Part shown: positions 10,004-20,006 of the stretch, one piece after another
Layout of the letters: each line of letters begins with the position of its first letter
Position numbering within the stretch: the first letter of the stretch is position 1
Source: Bdellovibrionales bacterium
GTDB lineage: Bacteria; Bdellovibrionota; Bdellovibrionia; Bdellovibrionales; UBA1609
Assembly: GCA_965199825.1 (NCBI GenBank)
Contig: OZ241329.1
Span: 1,446,204-1,510,203 of the forward strand
Reading direction: 5' to 3'
Length of the DNA stretch: 64,000 nt
Notes under the pieces: model-generated
Databases searched by the model: none
Told to the model about the DNA's origin: nothing
The model's input: the letters and a program-made list of their open reading frames with translations, nothing else
Made by a program: the position numbers and the translations under genes

Positions 10004-11031
10004 TTTAAGGCTTGAACTAATTCTTCGGCTAAAGCGGTGCTGTTGCTGATGTCTTTTTGCATTTCACTCCAGGGGAGGAGTCGAAGCTGTGGCAGATTTT
10101 GAAATTCGCTTCCAGCTATCACCGAGTTGATAACAGGAAACATATAATTCTTGGTCATCAAGGTGTGCTGACCTTCTGGGCTTGTGAGCAGATGAATAAA
10201 GTCTTGGGCCAAATCACAGTTGCGGCAATTTTCTGGAATTGATGCAAACTCGGCTTGATAGGCATGGGCATTTTCAAAAACTGCTGTTTGATAAGATCGG
10301 TTTTTTTCCTCATTCCAATGATAAACAACCGATGTTTGATAAGTGTAGACCAATTTGGCTTGGCCTCTTTTAAAAGTGCTATATGACAAAGCCCATGTGG
10401 GAGCGAGAGTGGCCACCGAATTTTTAAGCTGTTTTAAAAATTGTGAGTATTCGCTGTCGAGCGAGTGGTGAAGCCACAACGCAAGCTGAAGACCTGGAGT
10501 GCTAAGGCGTGGATCTTGAAGAGCCAAAGTATTTTTAAAACGTTCATCCAAAAGATCTTGAATTGAATGGGGTGGTTCGATCTCGCCCGCGCGATAAACA
10601 AAAGTCATGGGGGACCAGTCAAAAGGCACAAAGTCTTCGTCTTCTAATTCTTTTAGTTCTGGTAAAAGTTGTGGCCGCTCGGTCAAAGGCTTCCACTTCA
10701 TAATTTTTTTGGCTTCGTTTATTGTTAGTGGATCAAGGCCCAAAACCAGATCGGTTGGATTATTTTTGGCCGCCAATTTCTTTAACATCAACACCGAATC
10801 GCCGGCGTTGTTGACTTCAACTTCGCAATTACATTTTGCTTTAAACCGAGCGATCAGTTCATTGGCCGGCCCAAACTGACTCGCAAAAGTGGAGTAGGTC
10901 ATAATGCTTAATTTTTTTTGGACCGAACCGTTATTTCTGAGGGTAACCCCTTTTTCATAACCTTGAAACATCATCGATCCAAGAAGACCTGCAACGATGG
11001 CAGTGCCTGCTAAAAATATCCAAATTCTCAT
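10000..11031 (-). CDS. thiB: Thiamine ABC transporter substrate-binding protein
   Basis: TYSTF..GP, C-x-C, LVLGLD, PFDW, QDPRLSTPG, W..SY, NYMFPV, all typical of ThiB/TbpA. Confidence 0.82.
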   Translation of the reverse strand: MRIWIFLAGTAIVAGLLGSMMFQGYEKGVTLRNNGSVQKKLSIMTYSTFASQFGPANELIARFKAKCNCEVEVNNAGDSVLMLKKLAAKNNPTDLVLGLDPLTINEAKKIMKWKPLTERPQLLPELKELEDEDFVPFDWSPMTFVYRAGEIEPPHSIQDLLDERFKNTLALQDPRLSTPGLQLALWLHHSLDSEYSQFLKQLKNSVATLAPTWALSYSTFKRGQAKLVYTYQTSVVYHWNEEKNRSYQTAVFENAHAYQAEFASIPENCRNCDLAQDFIHLLTSPEGQHTLMTKNYMFPVINSVIAGSEFQNLPQLRLLPWSEMQKDISNSTALAEELVQALK

Positions 11032-11036
11032 AGAGT

Positions 11037-11519
11037 TTACCAGAGCAATCCGCGTTTACGCTTGTAAAAGAAATAGTCAAGTCCAAGGCATCTTCCTGCT
11101 CCTGCCCATAAGATGACAAGTAAAATTACAAACACCAATCGTTGAGTTTCAAGGGCATGAGGTGAGGCGCTATAAAGAAGATTCAGTGTCAGGAACAGTG
11201 CGAGCAGGGCAGCAGGGCGAACCAAAAATCCAATCAAAAAACTAAGGCCTACCAAAAATTCGATATAGGTCATGGTGTAAGCAAAGATCTGCCAATTGGG
11301 CACAACGTAAATTTCAAGCAGGGATTTATACCATTCAGGAGCCGTACTCTTGGTGAGATTTTCCATGATCGAGGACGCTAGCCGCGGGTAAATTAAATAA
11401 TCACCATGAAACCGCTCAAAGGCGCGACTCAAAAAATAATAGCCAAGATAAATCCGCATAAAGCTGATCGGAACAAAATGGCCAACATATTTAATACTTT
11501 CAAAAAATGCGACAAGCAT
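11037..11519 (-). CDS. DoxX family membrane protein
   Basis: RIYLGYYF, EFLVG..LIG..VRPAA, GAGR..GLD. Confidence 0.8.
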   Translation of the reverse strand: MLVAFFESIKYVGHFVPISFMRIYLGYYFLSRAFERFHGDYLIYPRLASSIMENLTKSTAPEWYKSLLEIYVVPNWQIFAYTMTYIEFLVGLSFLIGFLVRPAALLALFLTLNLLYSASPHALETQRLVFVILLVILWAGAGRCLGLDYFFYKRKRGLLW

Positions 11520-11544
11520 AGCTGATAGTGTCTCCTTCGGCTTA

Positions 11545-12216
11545 TTACATCAACCAGTTATACATCGCAAAAGCAGTCGACCCAAGGATGGCGCATCCCA
11601 TGAGTTGAAGTCGTTTGGACATGCGGCCACGGCCATGAGCAATTTGAAAATTCACATAGTCCTGACGCGAGGTTCGTGGAGCTATCAAAATTGACCGGGC
11701 CAATTGTCGATCGGCTTCATAGGCCAAGGCTGGAATCAGAGATTGAAGTTCTTGATCCAAATACTCCTGTGGCATGAATCTAAGGATCTCCCATTTACGT
11801 GCAAGACGCAATTGGCGCAAATAAGGCAAAAACAAATTAGGCAGAGTGGATTTTTTCAAGAAATCGAAAAGTCTTTGCTCCTGCATATTCGCAAGCAGAA
11901 CCATTCCCAAAACACTGCCCTCAAACGTCCGTGGTAGCTTGATCCGATTGGGTTGAACCAAGAGAATTTGGCTCCCGTATTCGGTACTTAACAAAGTCAT
12001 ATAGTTTTGAGCTGCCTGACGATGGGGTTCATTTACCATTCTTCGAGGCAAATAGATTTGGTCATAGTAATACTTGATTTGTTGAGCCTTGGTTTTTGAC
12101 TGATCCGAAAAAACTTGGGCCGCTTTTTTTTGATCGTGATCATCGAGAATTACCGAATCATTCAGAGCGACAGCTCCGTGGGACCAGACAAACCACATGA
12201 GGATTATTGTCTTCAT
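11545..12216 (-). CDS. Hypothetical exported protein with possible C-terminal TM anchor
   Basis: 223-aa ORF with signal-like N-terminus and hydrophobic C-terminus. Confidence 0.6.
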   Translation of the reverse strand: MKTIILMWFVWSHGAVALNDSVILDDHDQKKAAQVFSDQSKTKAQQIKYYYDQIYLPRRMVNEPHRQAAQNYMTLLSTEYGSQILLVQPNRIKLPRTFEGSVLGMVLLANMQEQRLFDFLKKSTLPNLFLPYLRQLRLARKWEILRFMPQEYLDQELQSLIPALAYEADRQLARSILIAPRTSRQDYVNFQIAHGRGRMSKRLQLMGCAILGSTAFAMYNWLM

Positions 12217-12247
12217 TTGGTCTAAACTAATCGATCAGGTTATTTAA

Positions 12248-12895
12248 TCAAACCGTTTTTGGCACCACCCCTTTTTGGGGGCAGTACGGGTTGAGAAAGC
12301 ACTCCGAACACAGCGGCTTTCTGGCTTTACAGATTTTTCGGCCATGGTCGATCAGCCAGTGTGAGAAATTGACCCAATCTTTTTGTGGCACAAATTTGAT
12401 CAGATCCTTTTCGATCTGTATGGGATTGTCCGATCGAGTAAGACCGAGCCTGTAACTCAATCGCCCCACGTGGGTATCGACCGCAATGCCGGTCATCAGG
12501 CCGTACGCATTTCCAAGAACAACATTGGCGGTTTTTCTACCCACGCCGCGGAGTTGACAGCACGCCACCATATCCCTAGGAACTTTCCCACCAAATTTTT
12601 CGACAAGTTCTTTGCTCGTGTGAATTAGACTTTTGGCTTTTGCCCGAAAAAAGCCGGTGGACCGAATGACCTCTTCAAGTTCAGCGGGTTCGGCCAACGC
12701 CATCGCAAAAGCATCGGGATATTTTTTAAACAACGATTTGGTCACGATATTGACACGCTCATCGGTACATTGAGCAGATAAGATGGTCGCGAATAGCAGT
12801 TCCTCTGGCGTGTTGAAATCTAAAGCGCTCTTAGAGTACGGATAATTTTTTGGCAGAAATTCTAAAATTGCCTGAATGCGTTCGTTTTTTTTCAT
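12248..12895 (-). CDS. nth: Endonuclease III
   Basis: LSAQCTDERVN, HhH GVGRKTANVV, AVDTHV, C-terminal C-x6-C-x2-C-x5-C FeS motif. Confidence 0.96.
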   Translation of the reverse strand: MKKNERIQAILEFLPKNYPYSKSALDFNTPEELLFATILSAQCTDERVNIVTKSLFKKYPDAFAMALAEPAELEEVIRSTGFFRAKAKSLIHTSKELVEKFGGKVPRDMVACCQLRGVGRKTANVVLGNAYGLMTGIAVDTHVGRLSYRLGLTRSDNPIQIEKDLIKFVPQKDWVNFSHWLIDHGRKICKARKPLCSECFLNPYCPQKGVVPKTV

Positions 12896-12963
12896 CAGCC
12901 TGTCGTTGGTCGGGATTTACAAAGAAACTTATTAAAATTCTCAATGCCCTTCTACAATAAATT

Positions 12964-14058
12964 ATGGATGGACCTCGCGCTCCTCAAGAAACCGAATGGC
13001 CCCGAGTTGTTGACTTTCTTAATTCATCTTTAAGAAAGGGACTTTCGTGGTCGATTACCGATGAATATCCATTGGCCCTTCACCCATCAAATTTATTTAA
13101 TGTCCGCATCATTACCGATGATCAAAAAATACTCTCGCATGCGGTGCTTAAATATATTTTGATTAAAACACCCATCGGTTTTTTTAAGGTGGCAGCCATT
13201 GGCAGTGTTGTCACCTCGGAAGCCCACCGTGGGCAAGGTTTATCTCAAGCCATTTTGGATGATTGTATAAAGGCCGCAACCACTGCGGGTTGTGACTTTG
13301 CGGTGTTATGGACAGATCTGTTTGAATTTTATCGAAAGCTTGGATTTGAACTTGCGGGTCGAGAGGTCAGTCTTGTTCTTGATAAAAGTTTAAATTTACC
13401 AAACAAGCCAGCTTTAAAAATTTTAGAATCTACTCAAGTTTCGGTCGATGCATTGATGCGTCTTTATGCCCAACACACAGTGGGCAGCATTCGCACAGCT
13501 GAGGATCTAAAAAAAAATCTGACAATACCTGGTTCGCGACTATTTACTGCCTGGGACGAAAATAATATTTTGCAGGCCTATGCTGTAGAGGGCAAAGGCG
13601 TGGATCTAAAAAATTACATTCACGAGTGGGGTGGTGGAGTCTCAAAACTTTTACCGCTGTTTGAACATATTCGGCAATTGCTCGGTGGTAAAATCACAAT
13701 CCTTGCTCCGGCCCATGCTACAAATTTGCTCAACAAAATGAAGGAGCAAAATGTTTTTAGGCATGATGGTTATTTGGGAATGCTTAAAATTCTGCACCAG
13801 GATAATCTGATCGCAAAAGTAAAGCGCTATGCGCGCTCAAAGGGATTTGAAGATTTGGTTCTTGAGATTACTGATAAGGGATTAAAATTGGGCAGTAAAA
13901 CATCAACCATGTTGCTACCAAATTGTCGCGACTGGACCAGGCTTTATTTTGGTCCCTTTGATACAAAAGATGTCGCTGGTCTTGATGCGGTCACATTAAA
14001 TATTTTGGCTCAGATTTTTCCAATTCCTATGTGGATTTGGGGTTGGGATTCCGTTTGA
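12964..14058 (+). CDS. GNAT family N-acetyltransferase (Eis-like)
   Basis: IGSVVT..HRGQG acetyl-CoA motif and FYRKLGFE. Confidence 0.8.
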   Translation: MDGPRAPQETEWPRVVDFLNSSLRKGLSWSITDEYPLALHPSNLFNVRIITDDQKILSHAVLKYILIKTPIGFFKVAAIGSVVTSEAHRGQGLSQAILDDCIKAATTAGCDFAVLWTDLFEFYRKLGFELAGREVSLVLDKSLNLPNKPALKILESTQVSVDALMRLYAQHTVGSIRTAEDLKKNLTIPGSRLFTAWDENNILQAYAVEGKGVDLKNYIHEWGGGVSKLLPLFEHIRQLLGGKITILAPAHATNLLNKMKEQNVFRHDGYLGMLKILHQDNLIAKVKRYARSKGFEDLVLEITDKGLKLGSKTSTMLLPNCRDWTRLYFGPFDTKDVAGLDAVTLNILAQIFPIPMWIWGWDSV

Positions 14059-14651
14059 AGTGGCTGGTGTTTTTAAGTGTATTTATTTGTGCATGCGGCA
14101 GTGGTCGAGCACCCAAGTTGAATACTCAGCAAAGATCTTTGCTTGGTCCGGCTGTAAGAGCCCAAGAAATTGAAGTGCCCATTGAGTATCATGTGGGAGA
14201 TGTTGCAAAGTTTGAAATCACCAAACAGGTTGAAGGCCAACCTGAAGAAAGTATCGAAAAACGAACCATCGAAATTTTGAGTGTGAGTAAAGACCAACTT
14301 GTTGTGCATCTCTTGATAACCAAAGAACGGATGATCCGAGGACAGCTCGATGTCTTAAGCTTTGAGACCAAAAAAATTAGAATGAGCACAGAGCAAAGGA
14401 CTTATCACAATTTAAATCGAACCGAAATTACTTCGGACATGGATGTGTGTCGAGGTTGCTCAGCTGTAGAGATGCACTACACCACGGCTAAATGGTTTGA
14501 TCACGAAAGTTACGAAAAGAGTGATTGGCACGTGATAGTCGCCAATGAACTTCCTTCGTTCGCAAGACAGCTTTTGAGTTGTCAAACTCGTGAGATTGAT
14601 TCGAAGCCCACGAGGCAATGCCAAAAGCTGATCAGCTTTCACGCGGCTTAA
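14055..14651 (+). CDS. Hypothetical lipoprotein
   Basis: Lipobox-like FICAC. Likely TTG start overlapping the GNAT stop codon. Confidence 0.6.
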   Translation: MKWLVFLSVFICACGSGRAPKLNTQQRSLLGPAVRAQEIEVPIEYHVGDVAKFEITKQVEGQPEESIEKRTIEILSVSKDQLVVHLLITKERMIRGQLDVLSFETKKIRMSTEQRTYHNLNRTEITSDMDVCRGCSAVEMHYTTAKWFDHESYEKSDWHVIVANELPSFARQLLSCQTREIDSKPTRQCQKLISFHAA

Positions 14652-15297
14652 ATAATTTTTTTTTGTGTTCAGGATTAAACCAGAGTTTTTTAAATAGGTT
14701 TTTTTCCTGGTCTATTGTGTTGAGCCGAGCGGTTGTTGGATGTTGTTCAAGCCAAGAGCAAGCGCGATCAGAAATAACATTCTCTGGTAAAATCTGATCC
14801 ACAAGTCCGATATGTTGAGCTTCATAAGCATCAAAAGTTCGCGCCGAGGAAAGAAGCTCGATCGTTTTCACATTTGTTAATCGTTCAGTAAGCCTTTGCC
14901 CTCCACCCCAACCAGGCGAGAGTCCCACGCGCCGTTGCCAAAGACCAAAAAAGGCATGAGGCACACTGTAGATTTGATCAAAACAACTGATCAATTCGAT
15001 GCCTCCACCAAAGCAGTCGCCGGTGATCACACAAACTTTTGGTTTATTTAAATTTTTAAGCTGTTTTAGTATTTTTGCGATTTCAGCATTGAGCAAAAGA
15101 CCTTGGCTTTTTGTTTTTAAAGACGAATAGGCTTTAAGATCGCCACCGGCGCAAAATGTTTTTTGTCCAATTTCTCCGCTCAATAACAAACCTGAATAGT
15201 TTTTTTGATGGATTGATTTCAACAAAAAACGAGCATCTTCAATACCAAAACTTGAGCCTCGTTCTGGATTGGAGAATTTAAAATGCAAAACACTCAC
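14632..15297 (-). CDS. Enoyl-CoA hydratase/isomerase family protein
   Basis: FCAGGDL, GGGIEL, GLSPGWGG, IGLVD. Confidence 0.88.
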   Translation of the reverse strand: MSVLHFKFSNPERGSSFGIEDARFLLKSIHQKNYSGLLLSGEIGQKTFCAGGDLKAYSSLKTKSQGLLLNAEIAKILKQLKNLNKPKVCVITGDCFGGGIELISCFDQIYSVPHAFFGLWQRRVGLSPGWGGGQRLTERLTNVKTIELLSSARTFDAYEAQHIGLVDQILPENVISDRACSWLEQHPTTARLNTIDQEKNLFKKLWFNPEHKKKLFKPRES

Positions 15298-15980
15298 AGT
15301 TTTTCCATCAATTGGCGATAGATGTCTGAGCTTTTAACAAACTTCATTCCCACACCTGGGCCACCGGAATACATTCCTTTTCGGGTGACCCAGATGACTC
15401 GAGCATTGAGCGAGTAGGTTCGACCATTTTTCATATCCAGCTGAAGGCGAACAAGATCGCCAATTCCCATTCCGGCAGGTTTTTCTTTAAATTCAAAATA
15501 TGCTCCGCCCTTTGAGAGGTTAAACATTTTTGATGTAAAGGTTGTGCCTAGAGACAGGTCTTCAATCTCGGCCTCTTGCACAGTATCGAATCTTCTAAAT
15601 TGCTGCTGATGGAGTGAGCGTTGAACCACAATTTTTCGTGTTATCCCGCAAAGTCCGTTTTCGGTAAATGGTTTTTCGAGCAGATGCATTTTGTGCTTTT
15701 CGATCTGTTCGCGAAAAGGCTCAAGCTGTTCGGGTTGGCTTAAGATCAACATCGGTACCGAAAATCCGACACCACGGAGTTCTCTTAAAAATTGAATGTC
15801 ATCTAGGGAAAATTGATCGACGTCATAAATAAGGGCATGAATGGATCTTGAACTTAACAGATCTTCGGTGTCTCGAGCAGTAAACGAAATCAGAACCTCG
15901 TAGGGCAGTGATTTTTCCAGTTGTGTTTTGATTTGAGACGAAAACTCTACCGATTTGGAATGAAGAACAACTTTTAACAT
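15294..15980 (-). CDS. Atypical receiver domain plus PilZ domain protein
   Basis: Receiver-like ALIYD..LEKPF. PilZ motifs NLSKGG, ARVIW, GVGMKF. Likely start ATG 15980. Confidence 0.8.
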   Translation of the reverse strand: MLKVVLHSKSVEFSSQIKTQLEKSLPYEVLISFTARDTEDLLSSRSIHALIYDVDQFSLDDIQFLRELRGVGFSVPMLILSQPEQLEPFREQIEKHKMHLLEKPFTENGLCGITRKIVVQRSLHQQQFRRFDTVQEAEIEDLSLGTTFTSKMFNLSKGGAYFEFKEKPAGMGIGDLVRLQLDMKNGRTYSLNARVIWVTRKGMYSGGPGVGMKFVKSSDIYRQLMEKL

Positions 15981-15999
15981 AACCTTCCCCCGATAAGAC

Positions 16000-16027
16000 T
16001 TATCGGAGGAAAGTCCTGAAATATTGA
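16000..16027 (-). promoter_or_regulatory. Putative sigma28 (FliA) promoter for the PilZ gene
   Basis: Minus strand reads TCAAT-N15-TCCGATAA. Confidence 0.5.
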
Positions 16028-16029
16028 TG

Positions 16030-17163
16030 CTATTTTTTGGCGTAAGTGAGGCCGGATTTTCCAACCCATTTGCCACGTGGGCGATAAATACGATTGTTTT
16101 GCCATTGCTCAAAAATATGGGCAAGCCAACCGCTCACTCTTGAGACAGCAAAAATAGGAGTAAAAAGATCGATTGGAATTCCCATGCTGTAATAAACGGT
16201 GGCCGAATAAAAATCGACATTTGGAAGCAGGCCTTTTTCACTTTGAACCACGTCGTCGATCATTTTTGACATTTGATACCAATGGGCCATTCCGGTTTTG
16301 GCTGTCAGCTGCTCGCTCATTTGGCTTAAGATCTTGGCTCGAGGATCACCGTTTTTGTAAACACGATGTCCAAAGCCCATCACTTTTTTCTTGTTATCAA
16401 GAGCGTCTTTAATAAATTTTTTGCAGTTTTCGATATTGCCAATATCAAGCAGCATCAACATCACTTGCTCGTTTGCACCACCATGAAGTGGGCCTTTAAG
16501 AGCACTGATTGCCGACACGACCGAGGAGTAAACATCGCTCAATGAAGATGCGGTCACTCGTGCGGCAAAGGCTGAACAATTCAATTCATGATCGGCATGA
16601 AGAATCAAAGCGGTGTCCATCACCTTTACAAAGTCTGAATCAGGCTCTTTACCAAACAGGGTCCATAAAAAATTATAAGCGATGCTCTGTCCAGATTTTG
16701 GCGAGATAAGGGGTTGGCCTTTGCGTGTGCGCTCAAAGACGCTGACTAAAGTCCCCATCTGCGCGGTCAATCGAATAGCCACACGTTTTTTAGCATCGGC
16801 ATCATCAGACTGTGCTTCTGAATCAAAATGCGCGAGTGCCGAAACCGCAGTCCGCATCCAAGCCATGGGATGAACATCTTTTGTAGGGAGTGCTTGCAAA
16901 ACTTTAACAGCAGCAGCTGGCAAAGTGATCGACTCACTCAAGGTTGTTTTAAATGTTTGAAGTTCTGTGCTCGAAGGTAGGCGGTCGTTCCACAACAAAT
17001 AAATCACTTCTTCAAATGTTGCATGAGCAGCTAAGTCTTCGATGGTGTAACCGCGATAACACAATGTTGTGTCCATGATTGATGAGATGCCTGTCGAACA
17101 TGCGACGACCCCTTCTAATCCTTTATCAATTGCGCCAAAATATTCTGGAATTGCTTCTGCCAT
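16030..17163 (-). CDS. Citrate synthase / 2-methylcitrate synthase (type I)
   Basis: GLEGV, LHADHE, GPLHGGANE, GFGHRVYK, NVDFY. Confidence 0.93.
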   Translation of the reverse strand: MAEAIPEYFGAIDKGLEGVVACSTGISSIMDTTLCYRGYTIEDLAAHATFEEVIYLLWNDRLPSSTELQTFKTTLSESITLPAAAVKVLQALPTKDVHPMAWMRTAVSALAHFDSEAQSDDADAKKRVAIRLTAQMGTLVSVFERTRKGQPLISPKSGQSIAYNFLWTLFGKEPDSDFVKVMDTALILHADHELNCSAFAARVTASSLSDVYSSVVSAISALKGPLHGGANEQVMLMLLDIGNIENCKKFIKDALDNKKKVMGFGHRVYKNGDPRAKILSQMSEQLTAKTGMAHWYQMSKMIDDVVQSEKGLLPNVDFYSATVYYSMGIPIDLFTPIFAVSRVSGWLAHIFEQWQNNRIYRPRGKWVGKSGLTYAKK

Positions 17164-17248
17164 GGGTGTTCCTTTTTGATGGTGATTTCAAAATCATAAC
17201 ACCGGCTCAATCGCTGCGCAATCCATCCAGACTGAACTCGAATCGAGT

Positions 17249-18142
17249 TTATTTTTTTGCGAGTTTTATCACTCGATCTTTGACTTCAAGTACGACCAAC
17301 GTCAGGTCACGCTTGAGCTCTTGGTTGCCACCATACTTTTGTGCTGTGAAGACAATATGGTTTCTGAGTTGATGTACGCCATCACGTGGCCCACGCAGCA
17401 CTGTTTTTACCAAACGTTCGATACCAAATGATTCACCTTTTGCATTGGTAATGTCGGTTAATCCCGTTGTACAAAAAATCAAACGGTCGCGAGGATTAAG
17501 TGAGACAATTTGCGATTGAAGCTTTGCTTGAAAGTTTGCGGTGAACTTAGGGGTTTGACCTTCGAGAGTTCGCACAACTCCTGTTTGGGCGTCTTGATGA
17601 AGTGCAATCACATCACCTGTCCGACAAATTGCCATGTCATATCGCCGACGATCCATAACCGCATAAAGAACACTTGCTGCCGCATCACCCTCAATATTTG
17701 GGACAAGTTCTTGAGCAAATTTTGAAAGGACCACATGAGGCTCTGCACCTTTTCGTGCTTCCATTTGGCCAGTTAATTTTAGTAACACCGACAAAAATAA
17801 AGCCGACATCGCGTGACCAGAACTGCTCGCCACAACAATTCCGAATCGCAATCGATCATCGTGTTCGAAAATATCAAAGTAATCCCCGCCGGAGATCATT
17901 GATGGAATAAATTGAGTGCTAAATTCAAACCCAGGAATATTTGAAAACTCTGTGGGTAATAAAAGTTTCTGAATAAGGTGCGCGGATTTAAGCTCTTGCG
18001 AAATTTGATCGATCAAACGTTCAAGTTTAGCATTCGCTTTGGTGAGTTCGGTTCGGTATTGAGCCAAGTCACTTTCGCGTTCGGACAATTCGATTTCTAA
18101 TTCTTCAATGCGGGCGCGCATGCGGATGGGATCGTCTTCCAT
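17249..18142 (-). CDS. Coiled coil plus SpoIIE/RsbU PP2C-fold protein (degenerate)
   Basis: AHLIQKLLLP, GGDYFD, FGIERL, DLTLVVL. Likely start ATG 18142. Confidence 0.8.
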   Translation of the reverse strand: MEDDPIRMRARIEELEIELSERESDLAQYRTELTKANAKLERLIDQISQELKSAHLIQKLLLPTEFSNIPGFEFSTQFIPSMISGGDYFDIFEHDDRLRFGIVVASSSGHAMSALFLSVLLKLTGQMEARKGAEPHVVLSKFAQELVPNIEGDAAASVLYAVMDRRRYDMAICRTGDVIALHQDAQTGVVRTLEGQTPKFTANFQAKLQSQIVSLNPRDRLIFCTTGLTDITNAKGESFGIERLVKTVLRGPRDGVHQLRNHIVFTAQKYGGNQELKRDLTLVVLEVKDRVIKLAKK

Positions 18143-18209
18143 AGCGGCGATGATAGCTGCTGCGCATTGCAATAGATAGTTGAAATAATTACACGTATAG
18201 TCTAACTCT

Positions 18210-19073
18210 TTGATTATGCATCTAGAAAGCCGAATGACCTGGGAAAAACTGGCCATCGAGCTTGAGCTCATGACGAAAGAAGATCCGATCAGTTTGGTTC
18301 CTGTTTTGATCGGTCTGAATTCGTTATTGGAAACTCAAGATTGCCAGGACTGGTGTGTTCGCCAAGTCAATTTTATGAGTTTCGAATTGCAATCGCGAGC
18401 GGTCACCTTAAGCGAATTCGAGCGATTTGAATTGCTCAACCAATATCTGTTTCGCGAAAAAGCTTTTCAAATTGTGGACGGTTTTACCCACCAAGATGAT
18501 TTACTGGTTAAAAGTGTTTTGGATAATAAAAAAGGTTCGGCGGTCATCATCGCTCTCCTTTACTTGCATTTCGCAACCGAACTCGATTTGCCAGTTCATC
18601 TGCTGCAAATCAACCAGCACTTTATGTTAAAGTGGGTTCGCGGAGGTCGAGCAAGTTTTGTTGATCTTGGCAATCAAGGCGCTTTACTGGGCGAAAGCGA
18701 AATGCTTGGATTACTCAATCGCTCGCATGCCGCAGATCCTCGTTTAGAACTTTTAGAATCGTGGAAATCCCATGAAGTGGTTCGGAGTTATGTGCAAGAG
18801 TTGATAAAGATGTTTGAAAAGGAGAGGTTTATTAAAGGAATCCACACCTGTCTCAATGTGCTGATACAGCTTGAACCTACCAATTTGCATTTTTTGAGTC
18901 GGCGAGCATTGCTCAGACAAAAAATGGGAATGATTAAAGAAGCGATGTCAGACCTTAAACGGTTTTTTTCATTTGTAGAGCAATCACGAGCGCCGCATGA
19001 AATTCAGGTGGCTTTTTTTGAGTTGCAAGCTTTGCTCGACGAAACACCTTCACTGAGCGACACTGTTCATTAA
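18210..19073 (+). CDS. SirB1/transglutaminase-like plus TPR protein
   Basis: LNQYLF..F, VL..KKG, HF, VD, followed by C-terminal TPR-like helices. Confidence 0.72.
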   Translation: MIMHLESRMTWEKLAIELELMTKEDPISLVPVLIGLNSLLETQDCQDWCVRQVNFMSFELQSRAVTLSEFERFELLNQYLFREKAFQIVDGFTHQDDLLVKSVLDNKKGSAVIIALLYLHFATELDLPVHLLQINQHFMLKWVRGGRASFVDLGNQGALLGESEMLGLLNRSHAADPRLELLESWKSHEVVRSYVQELIKMFEKERFIKGIHTCLNVLIQLEPTNLHFLSRRALLRQKMGMIKEAMSDLKRFFSFVEQSRAPHEIQVAFFELQALLDETPSLSDTVH

Positions 19074-19411
19074 TGAAACTCCTATTTGTTTTTTTATTTG
19101 TTGCACAGGTTTGTCAGGCGGTTCCCCGCGAGACCGCAAAAAACTCTCTAGACCAACGCTTTCAACCCATTATTATGGGCGCACTTGGCGGCACGGTTGT
19201 GGGCTTAAGCACTTTGCCTTTTTATGGTAGGCCCCAAGAGCGTTTAGGCAATGTGTTTTATGGTCTCGCCCTCGGCTTATTTATCGGCACAGGGTATTCC
19301 ATCGTTCACGCTGCCCAACGCGATTTTAATAAATATGGAGAGCAAGAAGTTCCAGAGCGTGATGCCTATGACAAAGGCCTCCAGATATTTTCATACAATT
19401 TTAGTTTTTAA
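19073..19411 (+). CDS. Small exported/membrane protein with glycine-zipper helices
   Basis: Signal peptide, GALGGTVVG, GLALGLFIG, C-terminal YNFSF. Confidence 0.6.
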   Translation: MKLLFVFLFVAQVCQAVPRETAKNSLDQRFQPIIMGALGGTVVGLSTLPFYGRPQERLGNVFYGLALGLFIGTGYSIVHAAQRDFNKYGEQEVPERDAYDKGLQIFSYNFSF

Positions 19412-20006
19412 TAAAAACATCGTAGCGTACCAGAGATCCGTAAACGGTATGTCGAGGCGGCCATGAAAGCTCCGGGCTTGATCTTGGTCTTTTGACCACC
19501 ACCTTTTTGATTTCACTTTTGAGAGCAAGCTCGATCAATTCGTCACCAGTGTTTTTGGGAACCAGGCGTTGCAGCAACTGAATTTCTTTTGAAGACAAAG
19601 CGGTTTTTTTTAAATCTGGAAACATAGGATCAAGATAAACCGCATCGAATGTGGGATCGAAGTAGTCTCTGGCATTGCCACACAAAACCTGTACCGAACC
19701 TTTAAGACTAAGCAGTTGAGAATTAAAAAATCTGCGAAAGCCGTCATGGGTTAATTCAAAAATAATTTCTGATTTTTCAATCCCAGTTACCTCTGCACCA
19801 AGGCCAGCTAAATAAAAACAGTCTTTTCCCCAGCCCAAAGTTGCGTCTAAGATTTTGTTACTTTTTTGAAAGGCCCGGGCCAATGGATCTTGCTTGGAAA
19901 ATCCGCGTTTAAAGCGATACAAATTTTTTGAACTTAAAAAATCCACATTAAATGAGTTATCACCCTCATACAATTCCAACCGATCATCAACAAATCGCAG
20001 TTTCAA
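19401..20006 (-). CDS. rsmJ: 16S rRNA m2G1516 methyltransferase family
   Basis: ILDATLGWGKD, VYLDPMFP, VVVKRP, RYDV. Confidence 0.85.
   Translation of the reverse strand: MKLRFVDDRLELYEGDNSFNVDFLSSKNLYRFKRGFSKQDPLARAFQKSNKILDATLGWGKDCFYLAGLGAEVTGIEKSEIIFELTHDGFRRFFNSQLLSLKGSVQVLCGNARDYFDPTFDAVYLDPMFPDLKKTALSSKEIQLLQRLVPKNTGDELIELALKSEIKKVVVKRPRSSPELSWPPRHTVYGSLVRYDVFIKN

Noticed and set aside
11530-11565. Sigma28-like GCCGAAGG upstream of the DoxX gene
   Set aside because: The -35 match is poor and the site overlaps an AAGGAG RBS-like sequence.
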